From Nitrososphaeraceae archaeon (GTDB taxonomy: Archaea > Thermoproteota > Nitrososphaeria > Nitrososphaerales > Nitrososphaeraceae): a stretch of 64,000 nt of DNA. Below are positions 51,613-60,344 of this stretch, in pieces (positions within the stretch are counted from its first letter, which is position 1; every line of letters begins with the position of its first letter). The translations under genes were made by a program, and so were the position numbers. The stretch lies in the NCBI GenBank assembly GCA_035250975.1, contig DATFEP010000004.1, forward strand, positions 1-64,000. The letters run 5' to 3'. The notes beneath the pieces were generated by a model that was not told the DNA's origin, did not search any database, and worked only from the letters and a program-made list of their open reading frames with translations.

Positions 51613-52692
51613 TTGCATAATAAACATTCGTTTAAGGGTAAAAAAATAGACCCTCCAAAAGTTTCTCCAAACATGTCTATTTCAGATCTTATTTCTTTCT
51701 ACAGCTCTACTGGCTTTAATGCTAGGAGATTGGCTGAAGCAGCGGAAATGTTCAAGAAAATGATAGATTCTGATGCTACTGTCTGTCTGACAATTTCCGG
51801 AGCAATGTCCCCAATTGGTTTAGGAGGTTGTATTTCTACTCTTATAGAAAAAGGTTATGTAGATTGGATTATTACAACTGGAGCAAATGCGTATCACGAT
51901 CTCCACTTCGCTTATGGTCTCCCTGTTCGCCAAGGTCACTTTGATGTAGACGATGATATCTTGTATTCGAAGCAGATTGTTAGGATATATGATGTATACA
52001 TAAAAGAAATAGAAACACTTCAAAAGCAAGATGATATCATTCAAAATGAAATTGCAAAAATTAACGTAGGAGATTCTACTTCATCGTTGTCTTCATCTGA
52101 TATTTCTTTTTATTTAGGAAAAGCAGCCTCAAACAATTCTCATTTTCCAGAAAAGTCGTTTATGGTTTCAGCTTATAATAATAATGTTCCAGTGTACATT
52201 CCTGCAATAACTGATTCATCTATAGGAATGAATATGCTTCCATTACTATTTGAGTCAAAATTACCTAACTATAATCTTATTTCAGATATTGCCGAATCAG
52301 CAGCAATTTTGTGGAAAACCAAATTATCCGGAGGTATTGAATTAGGCGGAGGTGTCCCAAAAAATTTCTTCCAACAAACTGGTCCAACACTCTATCAAAT
52401 TTTAAAGATTAAAGAAGGTGGACACGATTATGTCATACAATTGACAGATGCGAGACCTGATACTGGGGGCCTTTCCGGAGCAACTATCCAAGAAGGAAAA
52501 AGCTGGGGAAAAATCAAGTCGTCTCACACGGGTAACGTAATAGTATATGGTGATTCTTCTGTGTATTTCCCAATACTCTGTTCATACGTTCTATCCGAAT
52601 GCCAACAAAGAAAACCAAAACAGCTCTACACTTTAAAAAATCAGTACGTAAGGGAAATGAAATCTGAATATCTTAAAAGAAAGTATGTATAA
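51613..52692 (+). CDS. Second deoxyhypusine-synthase-like protein (homospermidine synthase/SpeY-like)
   Basis: TTGANAYHD, RIYDV, GGGVPKNF, DTGGLSGAT, EGKSWGK. Confidence 0.85.
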   Translation: MHNKHSFKGKKIDPPKVSPNMSISDLISFYSSTGFNARRLAEAAEMFKKMIDSDATVCLTISGAMSPIGLGGCISTLIEKGYVDWIITTGANAYHDLHFAYGLPVRQGHFDVDDDILYSKQIVRIYDVYIKEIETLQKQDDIIQNEIAKINVGDSTSSLSSSDISFYLGKAASNNSHFPEKSFMVSAYNNNVPVYIPAITDSSIGMNMLPLLFESKLPNYNLISDIAESAAILWKTKLSGGIELGGGVPKNFFQQTGPTLYQILKIKEGGHDYVIQLTDARPDTGGLSGATIQEGKSWGKIKSSHTGNVIVYGDSSVYFPILCSYVLSECQQRKPKQLYTLKNQYVREMKSEYLKRKYV

Positions 52693-52719
52693 TATATAGA
52701 TGTGATATTGAAAATTGAT

Positions 52720-53313
52720 TTAGATAGTAAATCTCGAAACTTGCTTATTTTCTATTATATTTTTGAGTTTTGCTTTTATTATGTCGACATTGATTGTATA
52801 ATAAGTTCCACTACTGGAGAACAGTTTTGTCAAAGCTCTTTGAAGAATCGAAAGAGATATCTCCTTCTCATTTTTTTGGTCATGAACGAATGCTGCTGCG
52901 ACTAAGATCAACCCATTCAATAACTCCTTTTCAGACCCTGAAGCTATTTTCCAAATACCCTCCAATACTTCATGTGACCACCAATATTTTTCCTCGTTAA
53001 ATAGCTGAATTGATCTTTCTATCGCTTCTTTTTTTTTAAATACTCTTCCCTTCACTTCTACGAATTCCTTTAATGATGAAATTTCTTTCAACAAGTCAAT
53101 TATATTCTCAATTTTTTCTTCTTTAGATATAGTAATATCTAATTCAATAAAAAATCTAGAAACCCTGCAGTCTCTAACTATTACATCATGTGTTCCTACT
53201 GATTTACGAGCATTTTTTAGTATAGAATTCGCATCCAGTGAAGAAAATTGTTGATTATTCAGGTAAACCATAAATCTAATCATGCTTGATTTATTTATCA
53301 TATTTTGTTGCAA
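52720..53313 (-). CDS. DUF309-domain protein
   Basis: LFNEEKYWWSHEVLEGIW...GLILVAAAFVH. Confidence 0.8.
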   Translation of the reverse strand: MQQNMINKSSMIRFMVYLNNQQFSSLDANSILKNARKSVGTHDVIVRDCRVSRFFIELDITISKEEKIENIIDLLKEISSLKEFVEVKGRVFKKKEAIERSIQLFNEEKYWWSHEVLEGIWKIASGSEKELLNGLILVAAAFVHDQKNEKEISLSILQRALTKLFSSSGTYYTINVDIIKAKLKNIIENKQVSRFTI

Positions 53314-53396
53314 CCCGAAATCTTGTATAATCTTATTTATTTTGTAGGCATTTTTATAATCATCTTAAAATAAACGATCGAATTTACAAGATTGTC

Positions 53397-53681
53397 TTGG
53401 GTTTAAGTCTTTCAGATAAAAAAGAGTTAGAGTCAATTTTAAAGATTGATGCCCGTCAATTGGATAAAATGATTACTTTTTCGAGAAAAATAGTTCCTTC
53501 CCAGGGATCTCTTTATGATTTCATATATGGTTTGGTATTGGGAATGATTCTAGGTAACTATCTTGAAAAATTCTTTCTAAAATATAAACGTGATCCTGAT
53601 AACGATGAGTTAATTGATATCTACTTCACGTTATCTTTGCGTTCCCCTAAAATCAGAAAGCTGATTTTAAGTAATTTATAA
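53397..53681 (+). CDS. Hypothetical protein
   Basis: 94-aa ORF, TTG start. Confidence 0.6.
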   Translation: MGLSLSDKKELESILKIDARQLDKMITFSRKIVPSQGSLYDFIYGLVLGMILGNYLEKFFLKYKRDPDNDELIDIYFTLSLRSPKIRKLILSNL

Positions 53682-53947
53682 GAATTTTTTTTATTAATAT
53701 ATGCTTTGCATTATTGTGAAACTGCTAATTTCAAGCCAAATTTCGACTAGAAAAAAATTTTTTATGTTAAAATTTATTTATGAATTATTTAACGATGATC
53801 TGAAAAATGAAGTTATGCAAATGAACACGCAACAAATCATTAATCCATTCTTTTGATATATTTATTTAAAGATGCCCTAAGTGTTAAGATATATAGTCCG
53901 CAATATTTTTCAATTACATTTTTAACCAAGATTCACAATTTTTTTTT

Positions 53948-54172
53948 ATGGCCAATGATCCAGAATTTGGATTAGCTGTTATGAGCAGACTAATTAAGAA
54001 GGCAGGTGCTGATAGAGTTAGTGATGAAGCAGCAAATGAATTGAGGCTTATCTTAGAAGAAATTGCAATAGAAATTTCAAAGACTGCAATACTTTTGTCT
54101 AATCATGCAAGACGAAAAACTATAAAATCAGAAGACATATTGCTTGCGTACAAAAACACAATTAGAAGATGA
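53948..54172 (+). CDS. Archaeal histone (HMf-like)
   Basis: RLIKKAGADRVSDEA...HARRKTIKSEDI histone-fold motifs. Confidence 0.93.
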   Translation: MANDPEFGLAVMSRLIKKAGADRVSDEAANELRLILEEIAIEISKTAILLSNHARRKTIKSEDILLAYKNTIRR

Positions 54173-54292
54173 TTCTTATCAAATCCTTATACTTAATTAA
54201 TTTAGTATTGAAAAATAATATTTTGAAATTTTGAATCTCTTGTTCTTAATCTCGCTCAAATTTATATGACGCCATTTTATGGCTATTGTTAT

Positions 54293-54377
54293 GGTGGGGT
54301 GGCAGAGCGGCTATGCGTTCGCCTGCAGAAAAATCATAGAAAGCGAATTTATAAGGGTTCGAATCCCTTCCCCACCT
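54293..54377 (+). tRNA. tRNA-Cys(GCA) with ~13-nt intron at 37/38
   Basis: GGTGGGG acceptor / CCCCACC-T; TTCGC-CT-GCA-G[AAAAATCATAGAA]A-GCGAA; T-arm AAGGG-TTCGAAT-CCCTT. Confidence 0.9.
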
Positions 54378-54430
54378 TAAATAATTTTTATATGATGATA
54401 ATCATTTCTTTAGATATGGAAGTATATTCT

Positions 54431-54772
54431 TTACTTTGTATAGGTCTCTTTTAGCGCTTGACCATAGGTTAGAATTGCTCTCTTTCTTAGGTATGGGATA
54501 AGTCGATAATGTAGAGAATAAGTATTTTCTTCTTTTATAAGAATTCCCTTCACCACCAATGAAATGAGTCCTCCAGAAAGCTTAGAAGATGGTATGGGAT
54601 TATCTCTTGAAAAATTAATTCTCTTTAATTGATATTCATCTTTTGAAAAATATGGTTTATTTTTTTCTAGTATTAATGGCCATACAATCATTTCCCAAAT
54701 TAATCGTCTATATTCTGTTGAATGAGCATGTTTGCCTTTGGGATTCAAGTTGCTATTTTTACTAGAAGTCAT
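54431..54772 (-). CDS. Hypothetical protein (possible winged helix)
   Basis: GGLISLVVKGILIKEENTYSLHY wing-like segment. Confidence 0.65.
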   Translation of the reverse strand: MTSSKNSNLNPKGKHAHSTEYRRLIWEMIVWPLILEKNKPYFSKDEYQLKRINFSRDNPIPSSKLSGGLISLVVKGILIKEENTYSLHYRLIPYLRKRAILTYGQALKETYTK

Positions 54773-54979
54773 TTTTCATTAATGATATATTTTCATTATC
54801 CAACTTGGTTTTATAATCTAATACTTTAACGTGTAATTTTGGTTTTCTAGAGTATTATAATCTTTTTAATTTAACAATTACTTGTTATTTTGTAATCAAA
54901 TTAATATTCTGATAAAAAATTTAAACTATATAAAACAACATAAAAAACAATATAAAAACCTCATAAAATATATCTAATC

Positions 54980-55144
54980 ATGATAATTATGCTAGCGTTA
55001 TATATTTATGCAATTCTTCCTGAAGGGATGGTTGTAAATGAAACATTATTTTTTTCCTTTCTTGTTATTATGCTAATATTATTAGTTATTGCATTTATAC
55101 TAAGAAGGAGAAGAATTGGTCCAGATGAACCTCACTCGAATTAA
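54980..55144 (+). CDS. Small single-TM membrane protein, not in ORF track
   Basis: MIIMLALYIYAILPEGMVVNETLFFSFLVIMLILLVIAFILRRRRIGPDEPHSN*; TM followed by RRRR. Confidence 0.45.
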   Translation: MIIMLALYIYAILPEGMVVNETLFFSFLVIMLILLVIAFILRRRRIGPDEPHSN

Positions 55145-55190
55145 TATTAGATAATCTTAACAATTTTTACATAACCGTTGAAATAATCGT

Positions 55191-55901
55191 TTATTTACTA
55201 TACTCATGTAATGTATTGGTTATCATTAGGATATCCTCTTTAGTTTTGGCTAATTTTGCTATTTTTACGCTATCCCTTATGTCTCTGGATTTAAGTTTAT
55301 TCCAAACACTCTCTGAAATTGTATTGGCTAAATCATGGTTTGTTCCGTTATTTACTAGTATTTTATTTGAAATTTCAATGAATTTGTTTCGATTATATGG
55401 TTTCAGATGAAAAATCATGAATCTGGATAAAATAGGAGTTAATAATCTTTCTTTATTGTTACATGTGGCAAAAACCCATGTTTTTAGTTGGGTATTTCTA
55501 GTTTTTTGTGACTTCGTTTCAGATAATATACCAGTTTCCATAAGGCTCAAAAGAATTGTTTGATCCTTGTAAGGCATGTGCTCAATCTCATCAATTAACA
55601 AATACCTCGGTCGATTTTCAAATAAATAATCGATCATTCCAGCCTTTGTACTGTGGCTACCCAAGGTAAAGAAAGATCTTTCAAGTTTCATACATTCTAG
55701 CATGAATAATGTTTTAGCAGATGCAGGAGGTCCAACCAAAAGTATATGAACGGGTTTATCAGATTCTAAAGACATTTTAAAAATCTGTTTAATATCGTTA
55801 TAACCAACTATATCTTCAAAAAGGATCTCATTAATACAGGATGGATCGCAATTAGAAAAAACTTTTTTTGAATTTACACTCAGCGATTTGCTTTTGCTCA
55901 T
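55191..55901 (-). CDS. AAA+ ATPase (RuvB/MCM-like, stand-alone)
   Basis: Walker A GPPASAKT, Walker B LLIDEIE, LMETG, ATCN, Arg finger LSRF. Confidence 0.85.
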   Translation of the reverse strand: MSKSKSLSVNSKKVFSNCDPSCINEILFEDIVGYNDIKQIFKMSLESDKPVHILLVGPPASAKTLFMLECMKLERSFFTLGSHSTKAGMIDYLFENRPRYLLIDEIEHMPYKDQTILLSLMETGILSETKSQKTRNTQLKTWVFATCNNKERLLTPILSRFMIFHLKPYNRNKFIEISNKILVNNGTNHDLANTISESVWNKLKSRDIRDSVKIAKLAKTKEDILMITNTLHEYSK

Positions 55902-56088
55902 CAGAGGTAATAATCTATTTTAGCTTATAGATTTATTGATTTCTAAACATATTTTTCTCTGTTAACTCAATTTCTCTTATTTTATGACACTTGCATTTTG
56001 ATTAAATATCTCCATAATTAATATAAATTTTTTATTGTGAACCTATCTCGTTTTCAAAAAAAAGAAACAATTGAAAGAGGCTCATTTT

Positions 56089-56739
56089 TTATAGCTCTTC
56101 CCATTCACATGAATATTCTGGACTAATTTCCCATAATTTCAAGAACGATTTGTAATAAATATCAAAAATTTCATGGTTTTTCCTCTTGAGCAATTGAATA
56201 ATCTTTCTATTCTGAGATTTTATTCCGAATAAGAAATGCTCGACTAATATCGTACCATTAGATTCTATGTCCTGATCAATTGTGATGGTGTTATGAGTTA
56301 ATATCGTCTTGTAGCACCTTATCTCAAAGTTAGCTAATTCATTTGTTGAAAGTGATATTATTTTCATATTACAAAGTCTCGATAGACACGATGTTAAATT
56401 TTCTTCAATTTTGGGATAGACTGTTAAATACTTGATATGATCTAATAAATCTGATTTTGGATCGCAAATCAAGATTTTTATTTTTATATTATTTTTTAAA
56501 ATATTTTTGAAAACCTCGATGTAATTAAATGAGAAGATCTGATCCAAAGTAACACAGGCAATGCATATTTCTTTCTTGGCACTTACCAATATGTCAAAGA
56601 TCTTGACATTTTCCTTCGAAAATATGTCGATGGTATCCTCCTTACTTTCTTTTTTTAAAATGTCTTTAATCCTGGATGTCACAAAAGGTGAAAATGAAGA
56701 GATATTGGTTCCTTTTTCTATAATGTTTTTTACAGTCAA
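56089..56739 (-). CDS. Hypothetical protein (DUF5919/PLD-like fold, tentative)
   Basis: IKIKILICDP, EIRCY, GTILVEHF, SFLKLWE pattern. Confidence 0.55.
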   Translation of the reverse strand: MTVKNIIEKGTNISSFSPFVTSRIKDILKKESKEDTIDIFSKENVKIFDILVSAKKEICIACVTLDQIFSFNYIEVFKNILKNNIKIKILICDPKSDLLDHIKYLTVYPKIEENLTSCLSRLCNMKIISLSTNELANFEIRCYKTILTHNTITIDQDIESNGTILVEHFLFGIKSQNRKIIQLLKRKNHEIFDIYYKSFLKLWEISPEYSCEWEEL

Positions 56740-56984
56740 TTATACATTAATTGATAGAATTCAAATAAAAATACTTTTTTTTGTTTATACAATTTCAATT
56801 TTTATTTTTTAAACAATCTCTATTTATTAACAATATGTGTTTCTCTATCTAAAAACTGCAAATGCAATAATATTATCATAAATATATTTTTAGCTATAAA
56901 TACGATATTAATTTTTTTTAAGTTAAAGTCAGAGAAAACTAGCTTATATTCTTTTTAACGTTATTTTGATATAACATACAGGAT

Positions 56985-57194
56985 TTGACTACAACTCCCT
57001 CCAAATTAAAATTTAGACTAAATTACAAACCAATAAATTATGATCTTAAAACCGGTATGTTCGAGGTGAATTCTGAAAAATATTCTAGATATGAAGAAGC
57101 ACGTGCTAATCATTGGCGCTGTGATAAATGCGGAAACAGATTTTCAACTTTTAAGAAACTTCGTCAACATAAAAAAGAAATTCATGCCTATTGA
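56985..57194 (+). CDS. Small C2H2 zinc-finger protein
   Basis: WRCDKCGNRFSTFKKLRQHKKEIHAY. Confidence 0.75.
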   Translation: MTTTPSKLKFRLNYKPINYDLKTGMFEVNSEKYSRYEEARANHWRCDKCGNRFSTFKKLRQHKKEIHAY

Positions 57195-57295
57195 TTGTTA
57201 TTTATATTTATTTTGACCTCTATTCTGCCTTTTTCATGCTTAATTAGTGAAATTTTATATCAATATTTTTATTGTGGTCTATTTACTCAATAAGC

Positions 57296-57433
57296 ATGGA
57301 AGGATATTGCGTTAAATGTAAATCAAAGAGAGAAATGCTGAATGAAAAGAAAGTAACCATGAAAAATGGTAGACCAGCAACACAGGGAACTTGTGGCGTT
57401 TGTGGAACAAAGATGTTCAAGATTGGTAAATAA
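57296..57433 (+). CDS. DUF5679-like small zinc-ribbon protein, not in ORF track
   Basis: Manual translation MEGYCVKCKSKREMLNEKKVTMKNGRPATQGTCGVCGTKMFKIGK*. Confidence 0.8.
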   Translation: MEGYCVKCKSKREMLNEKKVTMKNGRPATQGTCGVCGTKMFKIGK

Positions 57434-57645
57434 ATTTAAAAATAAAACATTATAGAAGGATAATGTTTTATATTTACTTTTTTTAGATTTACATTTAAAT
57501 TATCTTTATCTCGAAAAATTATTTGAATATTCAATTTTAAAAATTATAAATAATTTTTTTTACTTATTTATTTCCTAAAATAATAGTAGAAAGTTATAAG
57601 AGAATTATTATTAATTTAAATATAGTGCTATGAGGATGATATTGT

Positions 57646-59055
57646 ATGAATTTTTCAGTCGTCTTTTTTTTGACAATCTTTATTGGATTGTTTATCATTC
57701 CTCATTTAGGTGAAATACAATTTGTTTATCCACAACAAATGAATGAAGATAATCCTGTAGATTCCTTTACTAGACCAGTATCAGTTAAAATTACATCTCA
57801 CTCGGAGGGGGAGAAAGTACCTGTTGGAAAGTTGACTATTTCAGGGATATCAAGTGACGATTCGGACAGAAATTGTTTGGTATATGTAGATTGGAATAAC
57901 AAGAAACCGTTTCAGCAAGTTAGAGCGTCTGGTCCTGGCGGAGTAGATGATTTTTCTGAATGGTTTTTTATTTATGATTCGAATTACCACCAAATAATGG
58001 AAGGAAACAATGACCTTACCTCCAAGATAATGTGCGTAGATGATAATGCTCAGTCCGGAACAAAATGGTACTCAATAAATTTGATAGGAATTTTGAACCC
58101 TTCTATGGTTGAATCCATCCAAAGGAATAACACTGTGAAAATGCCAGATGAACCCTTTCAAAATATTATTCCCGGTTTTAACTCCAATCCTGAAAACATA
58201 ATAGGAGAAAACAATTTACCAAATCCAAATCTTCCATCAGTCAAAGAACCTTCACAGAATATTATTCCCGGTTTTAACTCCAATCCTGAAAACATAATAG
58301 GAGAAAACAATTTACCAAATCCAAATCTTCCATCAGTCAAAGCAGGTTTAAAACCCTTGCCAAATTCAGATGGAAATGATGCTATTTATGAAGAAAATAG
58401 GGAAATCGAATCCATACCTCAAACCAATACTTCTATTCTGGAAACAAATATGACGAACTTCCAGAATATTCAAAACAACTTTACTAATGTCAATAATGAT
58501 TCTGGGATTGATATGATTGATGCCACTAATGATCAAATAACTGTTGAGGAAAATTCAAATAATTCCTCCATAAATACAAATAATCTCAATATTCCAATTT
58601 TTGATGAAAACACAATGAGGGATAATAATTTGAATTTAACTTCTGAAAAAAGAACAAATGAAGTGTTATCTGACAAATTCAACGTAATTCTTTCTTTACC
58701 TGATAACATTGCTTTAGGTAATACATATACCTTAGAAATTTCAGTAATTAATAATGGTTCCTTGCCAATACACGATGCCATTATATCTGGTGAGATATAC
58801 AACAGTGATAGCTTAACTTATGACAAAATAAAATTTTTTGGCAAGACAGATATTGACGGTTCCTACAAATTTCCATTAGAGATTAATAAAATTTTTCCAA
58901 CGGGAGAATATAGTATTAAAGTTTTAGCTACAAAACTTGGATCTCCAGACAGTGTTGTTTCTAAATCCTTTATGGTATCAGATAATTTTAAATCATCTAA
59001 CAGTCAAGACATACCTTTAGGAGGTAACGTTACAAATGAAGTTAAAAATAATTAA
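57646..59055 (+). CDS. Secreted/surface protein with Ig-like domains and Asn-rich repeat linker
   Basis: Signal peptide; VKITS...ISGISSD domain; 32-aa duplication; C-terminal GKTDIDGSYKF Ig-like domain. Confidence 0.75.
   Translation: MNFSVVFFLTIFIGLFIIPHLGEIQFVYPQQMNEDNPVDSFTRPVSVKITSHSEGEKVPVGKLTISGISSDDSDRNCLVYVDWNNKKPFQQVRASGPGGVDDFSEWFFIYDSNYHQIMEGNNDLTSKIMCVDDNAQSGTKWYSINLIGILNPSMVESIQRNNTVKMPDEPFQNIIPGFNSNPENIIGENNLPNPNLPSVKEPSQNIIPGFNSNPENIIGENNLPNPNLPSVKAGLKPLPNSDGNDAIYEENREIESIPQTNTSILETNMTNFQNIQNNFTNVNNDSGIDMIDATNDQITVEENSNNSSINTNNLNIPIFDENTMRDNNLNLTSEKRTNEVLSDKFNVILSLPDNIALGNTYTLEISVINNGSLPIHDAIISGEIYNSDSLTYDKIKFFGKTDIDGSYKFPLEINKIFPTGEYSIKVLATKLGSPDSVVSKSFMVSDNFKSSNSQDIPLGGNVTNEVKNN
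58150..58341 (+). repeat. 96-bp intragenic tandem duplication (EPxQNIIPGFNSNPENIIGENNLPNPNLPSVK x2)
   Basis: Near-identical nucleotide copies starting at 58150 and 58246. Confidence 0.9.
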
Positions 59056-59559
59056 TACTTCTATCGATTTATAACAACAATCGTAAAAATACTTAATGAT
59101 CAGGATAAAATGGATTTATTAAATAATTCTAGTGCAACTCTACCGTTTAAGTCGAGGAATTCTCCATCGACGGACAATTTCGAACAGCTGCCAACTTTTG
59201 AACAGCCACAAGAGGAGCAGAATCCCTCTTCATTTGTTGAAATGCCTTCGTTTAGTTTACTATCACTTTTTCTTTGAGTTTTTAATAGTAACGCAAATTA
59301 AGATTTAAATAAAATTCTTACAATCATGAATATTAAATGAACTTGGCTTGATTTGTTACATTTTTTCGGAAGTAAAATTTCACAATTCTACGATAAAACC
59401 GTTTCTAAAGGCTTTATCAATCCAATAGCAGACATATAAGATCTGAAGAGGTATCATTTATACAAAAAATAGATTAATTATACTTAAAGTATCTTTTATA
59501 AAAGAGGTATCTAAATAAGAAAAAAAGTACTAATAATTATGCTTTCATTGAAAGTTCAT

Positions 59560-60039
59560 TTATTTTCTAGTAAATTTTTCAATTATTTTTTTATGTTCTG
59601 GAAATAAAGAAAGTAGTTTATCCCTCTCTCCTAACTCATAATGCTCAAATTCAAATCCTGGAATGACTGTACATCCTACAAGTGAATATGACAATTTGTT
59701 ATTTACTTGTGCTGCTAGCCAATTATCACTCTCTATCACAATCTCCAAACTGTCTTTTTTCTTATAATTATTTCCTAATACTTTTCTAGTTAACCTAGAA
59801 TTTCTTTCATTAATGATAAATAAGGTTAAACTACTACCATAATAAAAATGCCATATCTCGTCAGCATCTATCTTGTGAAAAGAAGAAAAATCATTACCAT
59901 CTAGTAGGTAATATATGGATGTTACAAATGACCTGTTATTTCTACTCCCTTGGGATCGATAGGTCTCTCTAAAGTATCCTCCCTCGGGATGTTTTGAAAG
60001 GCATAATTCATTAATCCAATGTGATGAATTCAATATCAT
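59560..60039 (-). CDS. Cupin_5 (DUF985) family protein
   Basis: HPEGGYFRET, TSIYYLL, DEIWHFY, SLVGCTVIPGFEF. Confidence 0.92.
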   Translation of the reverse strand: MILNSSHWINELCLSKHPEGGYFRETYRSQGSRNNRSFVTSIYYLLDGNDFSSFHKIDADEIWHFYYGSSLTLFIINERNSRLTRKVLGNNYKKKDSLEIVIESDNWLAAQVNNKLSYSLVGCTVIPGFEFEHYELGERDKLLSLFPEHKKIIEKFTRK

Positions 60040-60061
60040 CTTGGATAATGAAATTTCTTGG

Positions 60062-60101
60062 TTGAGATATTAATATTTCCACATATTGAGATATTAATAT
60101 T
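60062..60101. promoter_or_regulatory. Direct repeat of a palindrome-containing 16-mer (ttgagATATTAATATt x2), candidate operator
   Basis: Copies at 60062-60077 and 60086-60101 in the divergent cupin/multicopper-oxidase intergenic region. Confidence 0.5.
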
Positions 60102-60344
60102 GTCACTGAATTTTTTTAAGTATCACAAATATTAATGTCAGCTCATTTGTTATTTAAAATTAGATTCAGATCCATTAATATTAAAATTCCTCCAAATTGG
60201 AGATTTGGAATTTTGGTTACTTAGGAATACGATAGAAAAAAATCACATATTTTTTATTTAAATCTTATATCTAAATTAACTCGTTAAATTTATTATTTGA
60301 ATATTAGGTGATAGGTACCTTGAACTTTTAATCCATCACATTAT

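Noticed and set aside
54266-54454. 62-aa ORF in the track
   Set aside because: It overlaps tRNA-Cys; spurious.
54980-55144. PEFG-CTERM/archaeosortase sorting signal in the small TM ORF
   Set aside because: The motif is LPEG rather than PEFG, it is offset from the TM, and there is no upstream passenger domain.
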